From Candidatus Dormiibacterota bacterium (GTDB lineage: Bacteria; Chloroflexota; Dormibacteria; Aeolococcales; Aeolococcaceae), in contig DAIUFS010000003.1 of the NCBI GenBank assembly GCA_036844485.1, positions 11,191-75,190 on the forward strand: a stretch of 64,000 nt of DNA, written 5' to 3'. A program made the translations under genes and the position numbers. Below are positions 34,412 through 44,130 of the stretch, piece by piece; positions within the stretch are counted from its first letter, which is position 1, and each line of letters begins with the position of its first letter. The notes under the pieces are model-generated. The model saw only the letters and a program-made list of their open reading frames with translations, was not told the origin of the DNA and made no database searches.

Positions 34412-36598
34412 CTACTGAGCCGGTGACAGCCACACCACCGCCAGCGGCGGGACGGTGATCAGCGCCGACTGCTCGAAGCCGTGCCAGCCGGTCGGTTCAG
34501 TCTCGACCATACCCATGTTGCCCTGTCCGCTGCCACCGTAGTCGTGGGCGTCGGTGTTGATCACCTCACGCCACGCCCCAGGCGCGGGCAGGCCGATGCG
34601 GAAGCCGTGGTGGACCTCCGGAGAGAAGTTGGCGATGCACGCCACCCCCGGAGTGCCGTTGGCGTCGAGGCGGACGAAGCTGGCCACGCTCTGGTCGACG
34701 TTGCCGGCGTCGATCCACCTGAATCCGTCGCTGCTGCCGTCGACCTGCCAGAGCGCGGGGGTGCTCTGGTACGTGTGGTTGAGGTCGGTGACCAGGCGCT
34801 GCACGCCGGCGTGCTCCTCCTCGGCGAGGAGGTGCCAGTCGAGGGAACGGTCGTGATCCCACTCCGCCCACTGGGCGAACTCGCCGCCCATGAAGAGCAG
34901 CTTCTTGCCGGGGTGCGCCCACATCCAGCCGAACAGCGTCCGCAGGTTGGCGAAGCGCTGCCAGCGGTCGCCGGGTGTCTTGCCGATCAGCGACCCCTTG
35001 AGGTGCACCACCTCGTCGTGGGACAGGGGCAGGATGAAGTTCTCGGCCCACGCGTACCAGACCCCGAAGGTGAGCTGCTGGTGGTGGTAGCGCCGGAAGA
35101 TGGGGTCCTTGCTGATGTAGTCGAGGGTGTCGTGCATCCAGCCCATGTTCCACTTGAAGGTGAAGCCCAGCCCGCCGTTCGACACCGGCCGCGACACCCC
35201 CGGCCAGGCGGTGGACTCCTCGGCGATGGTCATCACCCCGGGGTGGCGGCCGTGCACCTGCTCGTTGAACTCGCGGACGAACGCGATCGCCTCGAGGTTC
35301 TCGCGGCCGCCGAACTCGTTGGGCAGCCACTCCCCGGCCTTGCGCGAATAGTCGAGGTACAGCATCGACGCCACCGCGTCGACCCGCAGCCCGTCGATGT
35401 GGTACTCCTCGATCCAGAACAGCGCGTTGGCCACCAGGAAGTTGCGCACCTCGTTGCGCCCGAAGTTGAAGACCAGCGTTCCCCAATCGGGCTGGGCGCC
35501 GCGGCGCGGATCGGCGTGCTCGTACAGCGCTGTGCCGTCGAAGCGAGCCAGCGCCCACTCATCGCGGGGGAAGTGCGCCGGCACCCAGTCGACGATCACC
35601 CCGATGCCACGCTGATGGAGGTGATCGACGAACCAGCGCAGGTCGTCGGGCGACCCGTAGCGCGAGGTGGGCGCGTAGTAGCTGCTCACCTGGTAGCCCC
35701 AGGACCCGCCGAAGGGATGCTCGGCGACGGGCAGCAGCTCGATGTGGGTGAAGCCGAGGCGCACACAGTGGTCGGCGAGCTGCTCGGCCAGCTCCCGGTA
35801 GCCGAGCACCTCGCCGTGCTCACCGCGGCGCCAGGAGCCGAGGTGCACCTCGTAGATCGACAACGGCGCGGTGGTGGGGTCGGCGGCGCCACGCCGGTCG
35901 ATCCAGTCGCCGTCAGCCCAGGCGTGGGCTGCCTGCGTGACGACGCTTGCCGTGGCCGGGGGCTCCTCCGCCTCGCGGGCCAGCGGGTCCGCCTTGAGGA
36001 CCGCCTCGCCGTCGGCGCCGACAACCCGGAACTTGTAGCGCAGGCCGGCCCCGACGTTGGGGATGAATATCTCCCACACGCCGCTGGTGCCCAGCGAGCG
36101 CATCGGCAGGGTGCGCCCGTCCCAGCCATTGGCGTCGCTGACCAACGAGACGCCACGGGCATTCGGCGCCCAGACGGCGAACGCCGTGCCCCGCACTCCC
36201 TGGTGATCGATGACCCGCGCCCCCAGCCGGTCCCAGAGGCGGGCATGGGTGCCCTCCCCAATGAGGTGGAGATCGAGATCCCCGATGGTGGGCAGGAACC
36301 TGTAGGGGTCGTCCACCTCCCACTCGTGGTCGCCGGTGCGGTAGCGCAGACGGTAGCCGGGCAGCTCGGCGGCGGGAACGGCGGCCTCGAAGATGCCGGC
36401 GTCGTCGATCTTGCGCATTGGCACCACCCCGCCGGGATGGGCGACGGATACCGAGATGGCGTCGGGGTGGAGCGCGCGCACCACGGTGACCCCGCCCTCG
36501 GGGTGGACGCCGAGGATGTGGTGGGGATCGCGATGGGTCCCCTCGGCGAGGGCGAAGAGCTCATCGGCGCGGGAGGCAGTGCCCGGGGTGACGCTCAC
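34412..36598 (-). CDS. glgB: 1,4-alpha-glucan branching enzyme
   Basis: ORF 34412..36697 trimmed to GTG 36598, which overlaps the upstream stop (GTGA). GH13 regions DWVPAHFP, GLRVDAVASMLY, IAEESTAWP and LSHDEVVH. Confidence 0.95.
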   Translation of the reverse strand: MSVTPGTASRADELFALAEGTHRDPHHILGVHPEGGVTVVRALHPDAISVSVAHPGGVVPMRKIDDAGIFEAAVPAAELPGYRLRYRTGDHEWEVDDPYRFLPTIGDLDLHLIGEGTHARLWDRLGARVIDHQGVRGTAFAVWAPNARGVSLVSDANGWDGRTLPMRSLGTSGVWEIFIPNVGAGLRYKFRVVGADGEAVLKADPLAREAEEPPATASVVTQAAHAWADGDWIDRRGAADPTTAPLSIYEVHLGSWRRGEHGEVLGYRELAEQLADHCVRLGFTHIELLPVAEHPFGGSWGYQVSSYYAPTSRYGSPDDLRWFVDHLHQRGIGVIVDWVPAHFPRDEWALARFDGTALYEHADPRRGAQPDWGTLVFNFGRNEVRNFLVANALFWIEEYHIDGLRVDAVASMLYLDYSRKAGEWLPNEFGGRENLEAIAFVREFNEQVHGRHPGVMTIAEESTAWPGVSRPVSNGGLGFTFKWNMGWMHDTLDYISKDPIFRRYHHQQLTFGVWYAWAENFILPLSHDEVVHLKGSLIGKTPGDRWQRFANLRTLFGWMWAHPGKKLLFMGGEFAQWAEWDHDRSLDWHLLAEEEHAGVQRLVTDLNHTYQSTPALWQVDGSSDGFRWIDAGNVDQSVASFVRLDANGTPGVACIANFSPEVHHGFRIGLPAPGAWREVINTDAHDYGGSGQGNMGMVETEPTGWHGFEQSALITVPPLAVVWLSPAQ

Positions 36599-38073
36599 GC
36601 GGTCGCCTCGAGCAGGAAGGCGAGCGGCACCGACACCCACTGGGGCCGGTGGGCGAGCTCGTAGTTGACCTCGTACACGGCCTTCTGGATCTCGCACGCG
36701 CGCCGCAGGGTCAGCGCCGCTCCCGCGTCGGGAAGCAGGCGCGTGTCCGCGGTGGCCTCCACGTACGCTGCCCAGAACGCCTCCCGGTTGGCGCTCGCCC
36801 AGCTGCGCCCGTGAGCGGCCAGGTGGCCCCAGATCGGATCGGTGGAGGGGATGCGCTCGAGGAGCGCGACGGCGGCGGCGTAGTCGAACGAGCGCAGCAT
36901 GCCGGCGACGTCGCGGAGCGGCGAATGGCGCCGGCGGCGGTGCTCGACCGACCGCCTCGGCTCGCCCTCGAAGTCGAGCACCGTCCAGCCGGAATCGGTG
37001 CGGAGCACCTGGCCGAGGTGGTAGTCGCCGTGGATGCGGATGGCCAGCCCCGGGGCCTCGAGCGTGCGGATCGCGGAGATGCGCGACTCGAGGGCGGCGC
37101 GGGCCTCGCTGAGGCCCTCCACTCGCTCACCGCCGCCGGCGATCAGGGAGTCGAGGTCGGCGAGCATCTCGTCCGCCCAGCCCTCCAGGACCGCCCGGGT
37201 GAGCGGCTCGGCGGCGAGGTCTGGGCCGGTGGCGGCGGCCAGGGCGAGGTGCATCTGCGCCGTCATGTCGCCGAGCCGGGCTGCGTCGGGGGTGAAGCTG
37301 CCCCCCGCCTCCTCGACCGCCTGGGCCCGGTCGGCCGCGTCCCCGGGGTCGTGCTCCTCGGCATTGGCGTAGAGGTCGCGCAGAGAGGTCAGCGCCAGCG
37401 TCCAGCCCTCCGTGCCGTTGTGGAGGTAGACCTGGGCGAGCGCCAGGAGCGCGGCGTGGGCCTGGCCCTCGCGCTGGTAGTCGAGCCAGGCCTCGGCCGG
37501 GGCCACGTTCTCGAAGCCGGCCGCCACCAGGGCGCGGGTCATCTCCAGCTCCACCGAGGGCTCGAAGACCACCTTGCGCATCACCTTGAGGAGGTGCTCG
37601 CCGCCGACCACGAGCGAGGTGTTGGACTGCTCACGCACCAGAGGGCTGATCTCGGTGACGGAGGCGTCGAGGCCTCCGCCGCCGGCGACCAGGCGTCCTG
37701 CCTGCAACTCGACGGCGGACCCGGCGGCAATCGTCCTCCACAGCGGAGCGGCGGTTCGCGCATCGGCGAGCGCGTCGAAGATCAGGGTGGTGTAGTCCTG
37801 GAAGATGATGGCCCCGGGATCGCTGGGGCGCAGCCCCTGCGGGGGACCGATGGCGAGGGGCAGGTTGTAGCGCGCGCCGCTGCCGTCCTCGTGGTCGACT
37901 GCCACGATGCACACCACCACCAGGGCATCGTCGCCGGCGATCGGAGTCAGCTCCTCGCAGTGCACGCTGCGCAGCGCCGGTCCACCACCGTACCAGCGCT
38001 GGTGGGGCAGCCACGCCTGCAGCGCCTCCTCCAGCATGCCGCGCACCCAGTCGACGTTGGCGGACACCGTCAT
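36595..38073 (-). CDS. pep2: Maltokinase (maltose 1-phosphate-forming)
   Basis: ORF 36595..38520 trimmed to ATG 38073, which overlaps the treS stop (ATGA). [30 protein letters not shown] ... [26 protein letters not shown] is the Pep2/Mak kinase motif region. Confidence 0.85.
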   Translation of the reverse strand: MTVSANVDWVRGMLEEALQAWLPHQRWYGGGPALRSVHCEELTPIAGDDALVVVCIVAVDHEDGSGARYNLPLAIGPPQGLRPSDPGAIIFQDYTTLIFDALADARTAAPLWRTIAAGSAVELQAGRLVAGGGGLDASVTEISPLVREQSNTSLVVGGEHLLKVMRKVVFEPSVELEMTRALVAAGFENVAPAEAWLDYQREGQAHAALLALAQVYLHNGTEGWTLALTSLRDLYANAEEHDPGDAADRAQAVEEAGGSFTPDAARLGDMTAQMHLALAAATGPDLAAEPLTRAVLEGWADEMLADLDSLIAGGGERVEGLSEARAALESRISAIRTLEAPGLAIRIHGDYHLGQVLRTDSGWTVLDFEGEPRRSVEHRRRRHSPLRDVAGMLRSFDYAAAVALLERIPSTDPIWGHLAAHGRSWASANREAFWAAYVEATADTRLLPDAGAALTLRRACEIQKAVYEVNYELAHRPQWVSVPLAFLLEATA

Positions 38074-39812
38074 TCCCCGGGCTCCTCGATCGTGAACCAG
38101 TAGAAGCTGTGGGGCGCCAGGGCGAGCAGGTAGGGCAGCTCGCCGATTCTCGGGAAGTGGACGTGACCGAGCATCTCGACAGGGGTGCGGCCCTCGAAGC
38201 GGCGCAGGTCCAGCTCCACCGGCTGTGCGAAGCGGGAGAGGTTGTTGACACAGAGCACGATGTGACCGTCGAGGCTGCGCAGGAACGCGAACACCGACGG
38301 GTTGGCGGCGTCGAGCGCCTCGAAGGTGCCCTCGCCGAACACCGCCCAGCGCTTGCGCACCCCGATGAAGCGCCGCATCCAGTGCAGCAACGAGGACTCG
38401 TTGCGCATCTGCGCCTCGACGTTGACAGCGGAGAACCCGTACACGGGATCCATGAGCGGGGGCAGGTAGAGCTGCGCGAAGTCGCTGCGGCTGAAGCCGC
38501 CGTTGCGGTCGCCGTTCCACTGCATGGGGGTGCGGACGCCGTCGCGGTCACCGAGGTAGATGTTGTCCCCCATGCCGATCTCGTCGCCGTAGTAGAGGAT
38601 CGGCGAGCCCGGCAGTGACAGCAGCAGGCCGCAGAACAGCTCCATCTGGCGGCGCCCGTTGTTGAGCAACGGCGCCAGCCGGCGCCGGATGCCGAGGTTG
38701 AGCTTCATGCGCGGATCCGACGCGTACTCCCCCCACATGTAGTCGCGCTCGTCGTCGCTGACCATCTCCAGGGTGAGCTCGTCGTGGTTGCGGAGGAAGA
38801 TGCCCCATTGCGCTGTCGAGGGGATGTGCGGGGTGCGCTCCAGGATCTCGGTGATCGGGTAGCGCTGCTCGCGGCGCAGCGCCATGAACATGCGCGGCAT
38901 CAGCGGGAAGTGGAAGCACATGTGGCACTCGGGACGCTCCTCGGTGCCGAAGTAGTCGATGACGTCCTCCGGCCACTGATTGGCCTCGGCGAGCAGCACC
39001 TTGTCGCTGTACTCCCTGTCGACGGTGGCGCGCACCTCGGCCAGGAAGGCGTGGGTCTCGGGGAGGTTCTCGCAGTTGGTTCCCTCGCGCGCGAACAGGT
39101 AGGGCACCGCGTCGAGCCGGAACCCATCCATGCCCAGCTCCAGCCAGAAGCGCATCACGTTGAGGATCTCGGCGCGCACCTCGGGGTTGTCGTAGTTGAG
39201 GTCGGGCTGATGGCTGAAGAAGCGATGAAAGTAGTACGCGCCGGCCTGCTCGTCCCAGGTCCAGTTGGAGGTCTCGGCGTCGACGAAGATGATCCGCGCC
39301 TCCTGGTAGCGCTGCTTGCTCTCCGACCACATGTACCAGTCGCGGTAGGGGTTGTCGGGCGAGGAGCGCGCCTGCTGGAACCAGGGATGCTGGTCGCTGG
39401 TGTGGTTGATGACCAAGTCCATGATCACGCGCACGCCTCGCGCATGGGCCTTGCCGACGAATTCGCGGACATCGTCGACGGTGCCGTAGTCGGGGTGTAC
39501 GTCGTAGTAGTCGCTGATGTCATAGCCGCCGTCGCGCAGCGGGCTCTGATTGAACGGCAGCAGCCAGACGCAGTCGACACCGAGCCACTCCAGGTAGTCG
39601 AGGCGGTCGATGAGGCCGCGGAAATCGCCGATCCCGTCGCCGTTGCTGTCGGCGAACGCGCGCACCAGCAGCTCGTAGTACACCGCCCGTTTGAACCAGA
39701 GCCGATCGGACTCGGGCAGAGGGTGAGCGGGGTGGTGGGCAGCGGGAATCGGGTCGGCCTCCACCGGTGGCGCGGCGGGCAGCGCGCGGCTGCGTCGTCC
39801 GGTCGCGGTCAC
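38070..39812 (-). CDS. treS: Trehalose synthase / maltose alpha-D-glucosyltransferase
   Basis: ORF 38070..39890. GTG 39812 overlaps the glgE stop (GTGA). [47 protein letters not shown] and [11 protein letters not shown] are TreS GH13 regions. Confidence 0.9.
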   Translation of the reverse strand: MTATGRRSRALPAAPPVEADPIPAAHHPAHPLPESDRLWFKRAVYYELLVRAFADSNGDGIGDFRGLIDRLDYLEWLGVDCVWLLPFNQSPLRDGGYDISDYYDVHPDYGTVDDVREFVGKAHARGVRVIMDLVINHTSDQHPWFQQARSSPDNPYRDWYMWSESKQRYQEARIIFVDAETSNWTWDEQAGAYYFHRFFSHQPDLNYDNPEVRAEILNVMRFWLELGMDGFRLDAVPYLFAREGTNCENLPETHAFLAEVRATVDREYSDKVLLAEANQWPEDVIDYFGTEERPECHMCFHFPLMPRMFMALRREQRYPITEILERTPHIPSTAQWGIFLRNHDELTLEMVSDDERDYMWGEYASDPRMKLNLGIRRRLAPLLNNGRRQMELFCGLLLSLPGSPILYYGDEIGMGDNIYLGDRDGVRTPMQWNGDRNGGFSRSDFAQLYLPPLMDPVYGFSAVNVEAQMRNESSLLHWMRRFIGVRKRWAVFGEGTFEALDAANPSVFAFLRSLDGHIVLCVNNLSRFAQPVELDLRRFEGRTPVEMLGHVHFPRIGELPYLLALAPHSFYWFTIEEPGE

Positions 39813-41797
39813 GCCTGGGCTCGCAGGTGGAGGACGTGGGCGGGCTGCACAGCGGGGTCGAGACGCACGTAGTTGGCCGGTCCCCACCACGTGTAGGTGG
39901 CGTCGGTGAGCTCGTCGTGCGCCGTGAACGGCGCGTCGCGGGGGATGCCCAGCGCCTCGAGGTCGAGCCAGGTGGTCCCCTCGTGGGCCAGGTGGGGATC
40001 GAGGTTGACGATGATGAGCAGCACGTCGCTGCCATCGTCGCTCATCCGCGAGACGCAGAGCATGTGTTCGCTGTTGATGTGGTGCACGCGCAGCGTGCGC
40101 AGCAGGGCGATGGCCTCGGCGTGGCGGCGGCGGATGCCGTTGAGCTGCGTGATCAACGGCGCCAGCGAGCGGGGATCGTTCCAGTCGCGCGAGCGCACCT
40201 GGTACTTCTCGGAGTTGAGGTACTCCTCGCTGCCCTCGCGCACCGCGATGTTCTCGCAGAGCTCGTAGCCGCTGTACATCCCCCAGGACGGCGCGGTCAG
40301 GGCGGCGAGCACCAGGCGCAGCCGGAACGCCGCGGGGCCGCCCCGCTGCAGGAACTCGTGCAGGATGTCGGGGGTGTTGACCCAGAAGTTGGGCCGGAAA
40401 TAGTCGACCATCGCCGTCCCGGACAGCTCATTGAGGTACTGGGTGAGCTCGAACTGGGTGTTGCGCCAGGTGAAGTACGTGTACGACTGGGTGAAGCCGA
40501 TCTTGGCGAGCCGCTTCATCACCGCCGGGCGGGTGAACGCCTCGGCGAGGAGGATGACCGCGGGATGGTCGCGGCGCAGGTGCGCGATCAGCCATTCCCA
40601 GAAGGCGTTCGGCTTGGTGTGCGGGTTGTCGACGCGGAAGATGCGCACCCCGCGCGCGATCCAGAAGTCCATGACCTTGCGCAGCGCCTCCCACAGCTCG
40701 GCGCGGTTCTCGGTGTCGAAGTTGATGGGAAAGATGTCCTGGTAGCGCTTGGGGGGATTCTCCGCGTAGCGGATGCTGCCGTCGGGCCGGTGCCGGAACC
40801 ATTCGGGGTGCTCGGTCACCCAGGGGTGGTCGGGGCTGCACTGCAGCGCGTAGTCGAGGGCCACCTCGAGGCCGGCGGTGCGGGCGGCGGCCAGGAACGC
40901 GTCGAAGTCGGCGAGCGTGCCCAGCTCGGGGTGGACAGCCGTGTGGCCGCCCGTCGCGGCGCCGATCGCCCAGGGGCTGCCGGGGTCCTCCGCGGTGGCG
41001 GTGAGGCTGTTGTTCGAGCCCTTGCGATGGGTCGTGCCGATGGGGTGGATGGGGGGCAGGTAGACGACATCGAAGCCCATCTGGGCGATGCCCGGCAGCC
41101 GCGCCCGGGCGCTGCGCAGAGTCCCGGAGCGCTTCGGGGCTGCGCCCTCGGAGCGCGGGAAGAACTCGTACCAGGCGGAAAAGGCGCCCAGCTCCCTGTC
41201 GACCCAGAGCGGGAACGGCCCCACCAGGGTGGCCGCGGCGCGGTCCACGGTGCGCTGCATCAGCGCCACCGCCGCCGGCCGGCCCGCCGCGGTGACCAGC
41301 GTCCCCGGCTCCCGCTTGGCCCGCAGCGACTCGGCGAGCGCGGTCAGGGAGCGGCGGTCGGCGGCGCTGATCGCGCCGCCGGCGGCCCGGTGCTCCGCCA
41401 TGAGCGCCCCCTCCTCGAGCTCGAGGGCCACCTCCTGGCCGGCCTCCAACCGCAGGCGCAGGTCGCGCTGCCAGCTGCCGTAGTCGTCGGGCACGGCCAG
41501 CACCTCGAAGCTGCAGTGTCCGATCCGGGCGAGGAGGAGGCGGGCGGTGAAGAGGTCGTTGCCGGCCTCCTCCATGGCTAGCTCACGCCAGCCCGCGGGG
41601 GGCCGGCTCGCCGCGGCGGTGGCCGTCGCGCGCTGTGGCCCGTGGCGCACCCACGCCAGCAGCCGGTCGGGGCCGTCGGCGATGACGGTGGCGCTGATCA
41701 GGAGCGGCAGGCCGGTCGCCGCCTTGGGCGCAAGCTCGCGGCAGTTGACCACCGGCCGGACGTCCTCGATCACCACCCGTCCCACGGATTGGGGCAC
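39809..41797 (-). CDS. glgE: Alpha-1,4-glucan:maltose-1-phosphate maltosyltransferase
   Basis: 662 aa. GTG start with GGAGG 6 nt upstream. [21 protein letters not shown] ... YLPPIHPIG ... [14 protein letters not shown] ... are GlgE hallmarks. Confidence 0.9.
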   Translation of the reverse strand: MPQSVGRVVIEDVRPVVNCRELAPKAATGLPLLISATVIADGPDRLLAWVRHGPQRATATAAASRPPAGWRELAMEEAGNDLFTARLLLARIGHCSFEVLAVPDDYGSWQRDLRLRLEAGQEVALELEEGALMAEHRAAGGAISAADRRSLTALAESLRAKREPGTLVTAAGRPAAVALMQRTVDRAAATLVGPFPLWVDRELGAFSAWYEFFPRSEGAAPKRSGTLRSARARLPGIAQMGFDVVYLPPIHPIGTTHRKGSNNSLTATAEDPGSPWAIGAATGGHTAVHPELGTLADFDAFLAAARTAGLEVALDYALQCSPDHPWVTEHPEWFRHRPDGSIRYAENPPKRYQDIFPINFDTENRAELWEALRKVMDFWIARGVRIFRVDNPHTKPNAFWEWLIAHLRRDHPAVILLAEAFTRPAVMKRLAKIGFTQSYTYFTWRNTQFELTQYLNELSGTAMVDYFRPNFWVNTPDILHEFLQRGGPAAFRLRLVLAALTAPSWGMYSGYELCENIAVREGSEEYLNSEKYQVRSRDWNDPRSLAPLITQLNGIRRRHAEAIALLRTLRVHHINSEHMLCVSRMSDDGSDVLLIIVNLDPHLAHEGTTWLDLEALGIPRDAPFTAHDELTDATYTWWGPANYVRLDPAVQPAHVLHLRAQA

Positions 41798-41862
41798 GCC
41801 GGTCCTCCAATGAAGCTCTTGTCCGGTGCGCGCTGCACGGCGCGGGACCAGCCTAGCGGCGT

Positions 41863-42417
41863 GTGCTCAAATCGCGCCTGTTGACCCCGATCCCACCGCG
41901 CCTCCGAGCCTCCGGCCGTGCCTTCATCGCGGTTGCGCACAACCGCAACCTGCTACGCCTGCAGCTGTCCTTCGGAGCCGCCTGGACAGCGGAGTGGACG
42001 TTCACAGTCGCGTTGGGTGTCGTCGCGTTCCGCCAGGGCGGCGCCTCGGCCGTGGGGCTGGTCACCTTTCTGCGATTGGCACCTCCGGCTCTGATCGCGC
42101 CCTTCACCAGCACGCTGGCGGACCGCTTCCTGCCGCGAACACGTGTTGATCTGGTCGGGCTACGGCCGTGCAGCAGCGACCGCCGTGGCGGCCGCCGTGC
42201 TCGTCGGCCATGGCCCAATCGCTGCTATGCAGTGCGCGCACGAACACCACTCCAGCTGTACATGCTCAGCCGCGCAGATTTCCTGCACGCGGTCGGTGGC
42301 TACTCGGCGAGCCGACGCGGCGCCGAGAGCCTGCTCGACGAACGACTCACCACCTTTACGCCCAATCGCCGCCCACCGGGTAGCTCAGCGATGGCCGGTC
42401 CGTCGCCTGGGACGTAG
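41863..42417 (+). pseudogene. Remnant of an MFS transporter fused to a cyclic-nucleotide-binding domain (frameshift plus large internal deletion)
   Basis: Frame 1 gives MFS TM1-2 (NRNLLRLQLSFGAAWTAEWTFTVALGVVAF...APFTSTLADRF). TM3-like VLIWSGYGRAAATAVAAAVLVGHGPIAA is in the frame of ORF 42143..42496. Frame 1 then resumes with a cNMP-domain C-terminus (AVRARTPLQLYMLSRADFLHAV). The sequence between, perhaps about 400 codons, is absent. Confidence 0.55.
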
Positions 42418-42436
42418 CCGGGGCCGCAACCCCATT

Positions 42437-42476
42437 TCGCCGAATGCGCGGTATAGTCGCCGAATCCGCGGTAGAT
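42437..42476. repeat. Tandem 20-bp direct repeat upstream of the DUF3494 gene
   Basis: TCGCCGAATGCGCGGTATAG / TCGCCGAATCCGCGGTAGAT (17 of 20 identical) in a locally AT-richer intergenic region. Possibly a regulator binding site. Confidence 0.5.
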
Positions 42477-42622
42477 TCGTTACTGAGGGTCCGTAAGACG
42501 CCCCGTCGACTCGGCTGTTTGGCGTTCCGACGGCTCGACCGGAGGGCCCAATACTCTTTGCAGTTCCCAATGGCTCGAGCCGCCGCGAATCGCGGGAACC
42601 CACCCAGAGTTGAGGTACTGAA

Positions 42623-43567
42623 GTGACCAGGGCACGGACAGAACGCGGACGCAATCGTATTTCGAGCGCCGCCGCCGTCGCCGTTGTTGCCGCGGTTGCG
42701 ACGCTCATCGCACTGCCAACCGCGGTTCTGGCGTCGACAGCTCCTGGACTTGGCACTGCAAAAAGCTTTGCGGTGCTGGCAGGCACCCCTTCGATCACGA
42801 ACACCGGCCCCAGCGTCATCAGTGGCAGCGTCGGAATATCGCCGGCCGCCTCGATCATCGGGTTTGGCGGAGCTCCAAATGGAACCGTGACCAACGGGAC
42901 ACTTCAGCCTGGCACCGCCGCCGCCGGCACGGCTCAGTCCGACCTGACCACGGCGTACGGTGTGGCCAAGTCATCGCCCTGCAATTTCAATAAGACGGGG
43001 AAGAATCTTGGGGGCCAAGTTCTCACCCCCGGCACGTATTGTCAGACCACAGCTCCGACGCTGACCGGCACCCTGACCCTCAGCGGCAATGGGGTGTTCA
43101 TCTTTCAGGCGGGAAGCACTCTCGTCACGGCTCCTGGTGCCACCGTGCGCCTCATCAATGGGGCCCAGCCTTGCAATGTGTTCTGGCAGGTCAGCAGTTC
43201 GGCCAGGCTCGATACCACGACAACGTTTGTCGGAACCATCATGGCTCTGACCGATATCCACCTCAACAACGCAGCGAGCATCACGGGCCGCGCGCTCGCC
43301 CGAAACGGCACGGTCACCCTGATCAACAATCGGATCACGGTTCCGACCGCCTGCAAGGCCACCACCATCTCCGGTTCCGGTTCCGGTTCCGGTTCCGGTT
43401 CCGGTTCCGGTTCCGGTTCCGGTTCGACACCATCGGTCCCGTCCACTGGAGCAGGCATTGACTCCCTGCCCGGTAGCAGCGTCCTGGTTCTATTCGGGAT
43501 CACCGTGGTACTCGTGTCGGCTGGCACCGGAGTCAACGCGCGCCGGCGCCTTCGCCCTCGTAGGTAA
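42623..43567 (+). CDS. DUF3494 ice-binding-like surface protein with Gly-Ser linker and sortase-type C-terminal sorting signal
   Basis: 314 aa. Signal peptide, then LGTAKSFAVLAGTPSITNTGPSVISGSVGISPA...LTPGTYC...CNVFWQVSSSARLDTTTTFVGTIMALTDIHLNNAASITGRALARNGTVTL, the DUF3494/IBP pattern. C-terminus: (SG)9, VPSTGAG, a hydrophobic span, then NARRRLRPRR. Confidence 0.75.
   Translation: MTRARTERGRNRISSAAAVAVVAAVATLIALPTAVLASTAPGLGTAKSFAVLAGTPSITNTGPSVISGSVGISPAASIIGFGGAPNGTVTNGTLQPGTAAAGTAQSDLTTAYGVAKSSPCNFNKTGKNLGGQVLTPGTYCQTTAPTLTGTLTLSGNGVFIFQAGSTLVTAPGATVRLINGAQPCNVFWQVSSSARLDTTTTFVGTIMALTDIHLNNAASITGRALARNGTVTLINNRITVPTACKATTISGSGSGSGSGSGSGSGSGSTPSVPSTGAGIDSLPGSSVLVLFGITVVLVSAGTGVNARRRLRPRR
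43370..43423 (+). repeat. Perfect (TCCGGT)x9 hexanucleotide microsatellite, in frame (Ser-Gly)9
   Basis: Nine uninterrupted copies, counted directly in the sequence, inside the DUF3494 gene. Confidence 0.95.
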
Positions 43568-44130
43568 CCGCGGGCTTCAAGGCTGCCGGCGCCCACTCCG
43601 TTCGTCGTCGCCCGTCTCGGTCTGCGCGGTGCCCTGATCGTGCTCGGCCTGGTCGCACCCCAGTGGTCACGCGGCCGGCGGGACGCGGCTGCGCTCGCGG
43701 TCGACCGGTCGGTGGTCCACCGGGACCGCATCAGCCAGTGAAGGCTGCCCAACGATGGCGAGGCAGTGTCCAACAACTGGCTGAGAAGGAGGAAGCAGTC
43801 GGGTTACGTCGAGCACACCCACCCCGCTTCTGCAGGGTGCACGATCTCGACGGCGGGTCCGATCTCCTCCTCGGCGTCGCTCGGGCGAATCCAGACCACC
43901 TGGTTGCTGTCAACGAGGACGCTCACCCCAGGCGTGGGTCCGGGGAGCGTTCATCCGCAAATGCCGCATCTCGAAACAGCCGGCCAGACACGCGCAATCA
44001 TTCCACGGCGTGCTTGACGTTCACTCTGGACGACGCCCGACAGCGACGAACTGCGGCAGGAACGCACGAGCGAGCGGGTTGGCAAACGCCAGCTCCCGCG
44101 CCCGCGCAAAATGCTGCACCTCGTCCTCGG

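Noticed and set aside
34481-36664. 727-aa plus-strand ORF opposite glgB, and similar long ORFs opposite treS, pep2 and glgE (for example 38784..39872 and 39767..41581)
   Set aside because: The minus-strand genes carry unmistakable GH13/GlgE/maltokinase motifs. The plus-strand translations are repetitive Val/Gly/Arg/Ala-rich and match no recognisable family.
43951-43953. In-frame TGA after CGICG in the small minus-strand ORF, as a possible selenocysteine codon
   Set aside because: No SECIS-like hairpin follows the codon. The codons upstream of the TGA have poor third-position G/C bias, unlike those downstream. The locus lies among other gene debris. A nonsense mutation or unrelated fragments are more likely.
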